Position numbers and translations under genes: made by a program
The notes under the pieces: generated by a model
Told to the model about the DNA's origin: nothing
Databases searched by the model: none
Seen by the model: the letters and a program-made list of their open reading frames with translations, nothing else
Source of the DNA: Microthyrium microscopicum
Lineage: Eukaryota
NCBI GenBank assembly: GCA_010405405.1
Contig: MU004246.1
Location: forward strand, 124,001 to 188,000
Direction of reading: 5' to 3'
DNA length: 64,000 nt
Shown here: positions 62,701 through 64,000 of the stretch, piece by piece
Numbering within the stretch: the first letter of the stretch is position 1
Layout of the letters: each line of letters begins with the position of its first letter

Positions 62701-64000
62701 AAAAGAGCTAAGATTAAAAGGTAAAGAGGTATTAACTTTTAGTATTATTATTAGTAGTTTACTAAATAAAGGCGTGTTAGAAGCAAGATTACCTATTAAT
62801 ATTCACTACTAGTTAGAATCGCTAATACGTAAAAAAGAATCTTATAACGTTCTTATATTATTTTTACTCTACCTACCCTTAGAACTAGTAGACTTTAATA
62901 GTGAAGTTACCTTACTTACTAGTATAAAGCTTTTATTTATATAGGTATTATATAAAGTAGGACTAGAGGTAGGAAAGTAGATATTAGTAGTTCTTTAGGA
63001 TAATTTTAATAATTTTATTACTCTCTAGAAATATTATATATTAATATTTAATAATAAGCATCTAGATTAATATATTAAGTTTATAGAAGAAGATTAATTC
63101 TTTAAATAATTATATACTACGTTAGCTATTAATTAAACTATAGTATTATATTATTAGTTTGCTTAAAAATTTTAAGATTAGCTAATAGAAGAATTTATAA
63201 ATATTAATATAGAAGTAGGTTAATTAGGTAAATTAGTAGATATATTATAGAAAGAGGTAGCTACTTATTAGTAAATAATAATAGATCTTAAAGCACTTAC
63301 TAGCTAAATTCACTATAATTATAAGTTAGCGCTAACTATTACTTATTTAAACGAATAAGCTATTCTTACTAAATTAGTAAAAAAGCGTAATATTAATTTA
63401 TAATATTATAAGTTAGTTATTAATCTTTACTATTAAATCTAAGAACTTAAGGATAGACTTTAGATAAATTTAAACTAAGTCTACATTAACCTAAATAATT
63501 TAAAAGATAATATCTTTTTAGGTTACTCTATACTATAAGCGATATATTTAGTAGTTTTATACTTATAGCTTTAAGCTTAAGAAATACGCTATATCTTACT
63601 ATTATTAATAGTTAATAGTAGTTTCTTAGTAATACTTATAAAGTTTAAAGAATCTAGTAATTTTAAAGATAAACTTATATACTATAAATAGTAGAAAAAG
63701 AAAATATTAAATATACTTCTTAATAAGAACGTATATCTTTATATCTTTACTAAAAAGAAGAAGATTAAGTTTATTTATATCTATTATATTAGCCCTACCT
63801 ATAGTATTATAGTTATATATAAAGGTTATAAGTTAAAAGACCTTTATAGTACTATAAAAGAGATATAGGTAGATCTAAATAAATATTATTACTTTAAGAA
63901 CGCTTTTAAAGATACTAAGGTATAGTTAAAGTCCTTAAATACTAAAATAAAAGATATAGAAGGTTTTTAAGCCTTTATTAGCTACTTCTTAATGAATTTA
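59770..64000. mobile_element. Unidentified RIP-degraded element/block, continues beyond the window
   Basis: Extreme TpA enrichment and CpA/TpG loss. Apparent relic ORFs on both strands around a less-mutated patch at ~61680-61790, plus local tandem duplications. No diagnostic motif recognised. Confidence 0.65.

Overview
Genomic DNA of a filamentous ascomycete: spliceosomal GT-AG introns with CTRAY branch sites, and Pezizomycotina-type genes. The window has a two-compartment structure. Gene islands of balanced GC alternate with very AT-rich, TpA-saturated blocks of transposons inactivated by repeat-induced point mutation (RIP). RIP blocks: (1) a Tc1/mariner element at 422-1790 with TA TSD; (2) two PIF/Harbinger-group (DDE_Tnp_4) elements at 6165-9625 (AAT TSD) and ~24315-27445; (3) an unusually large hAT element at 27772-45100 (8-bp TSD, ~9.9 kb of its own sequence) containing a complete nested Ty3/Gypsy chromovirus at 28172-35597 (202-bp LTRs, CTTAT TSD); (4) an unidentified element from ~59770 to the window end, which cuts off an ADP-ribosylglycohydrolase gene. 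Genes include a secreted S1/P1 nuclease, a GPI-anchored CFEM protein, a 1274-aa low-complexity protein, glucosidase II beta subunit, an SDR, a small acidic protein, a Ser/Thr-rich membrane protein, an ankyrin protein, a secreted protein, a GCIP-like protein, a bacterial-type M6 metalloprotease, a Clr5-domain protein and a small Ala/Gly-rich ORF. The best novelty candidate is the cargo-bearing giant hAT. All family calls come from visual motif recognition; no searches were run.
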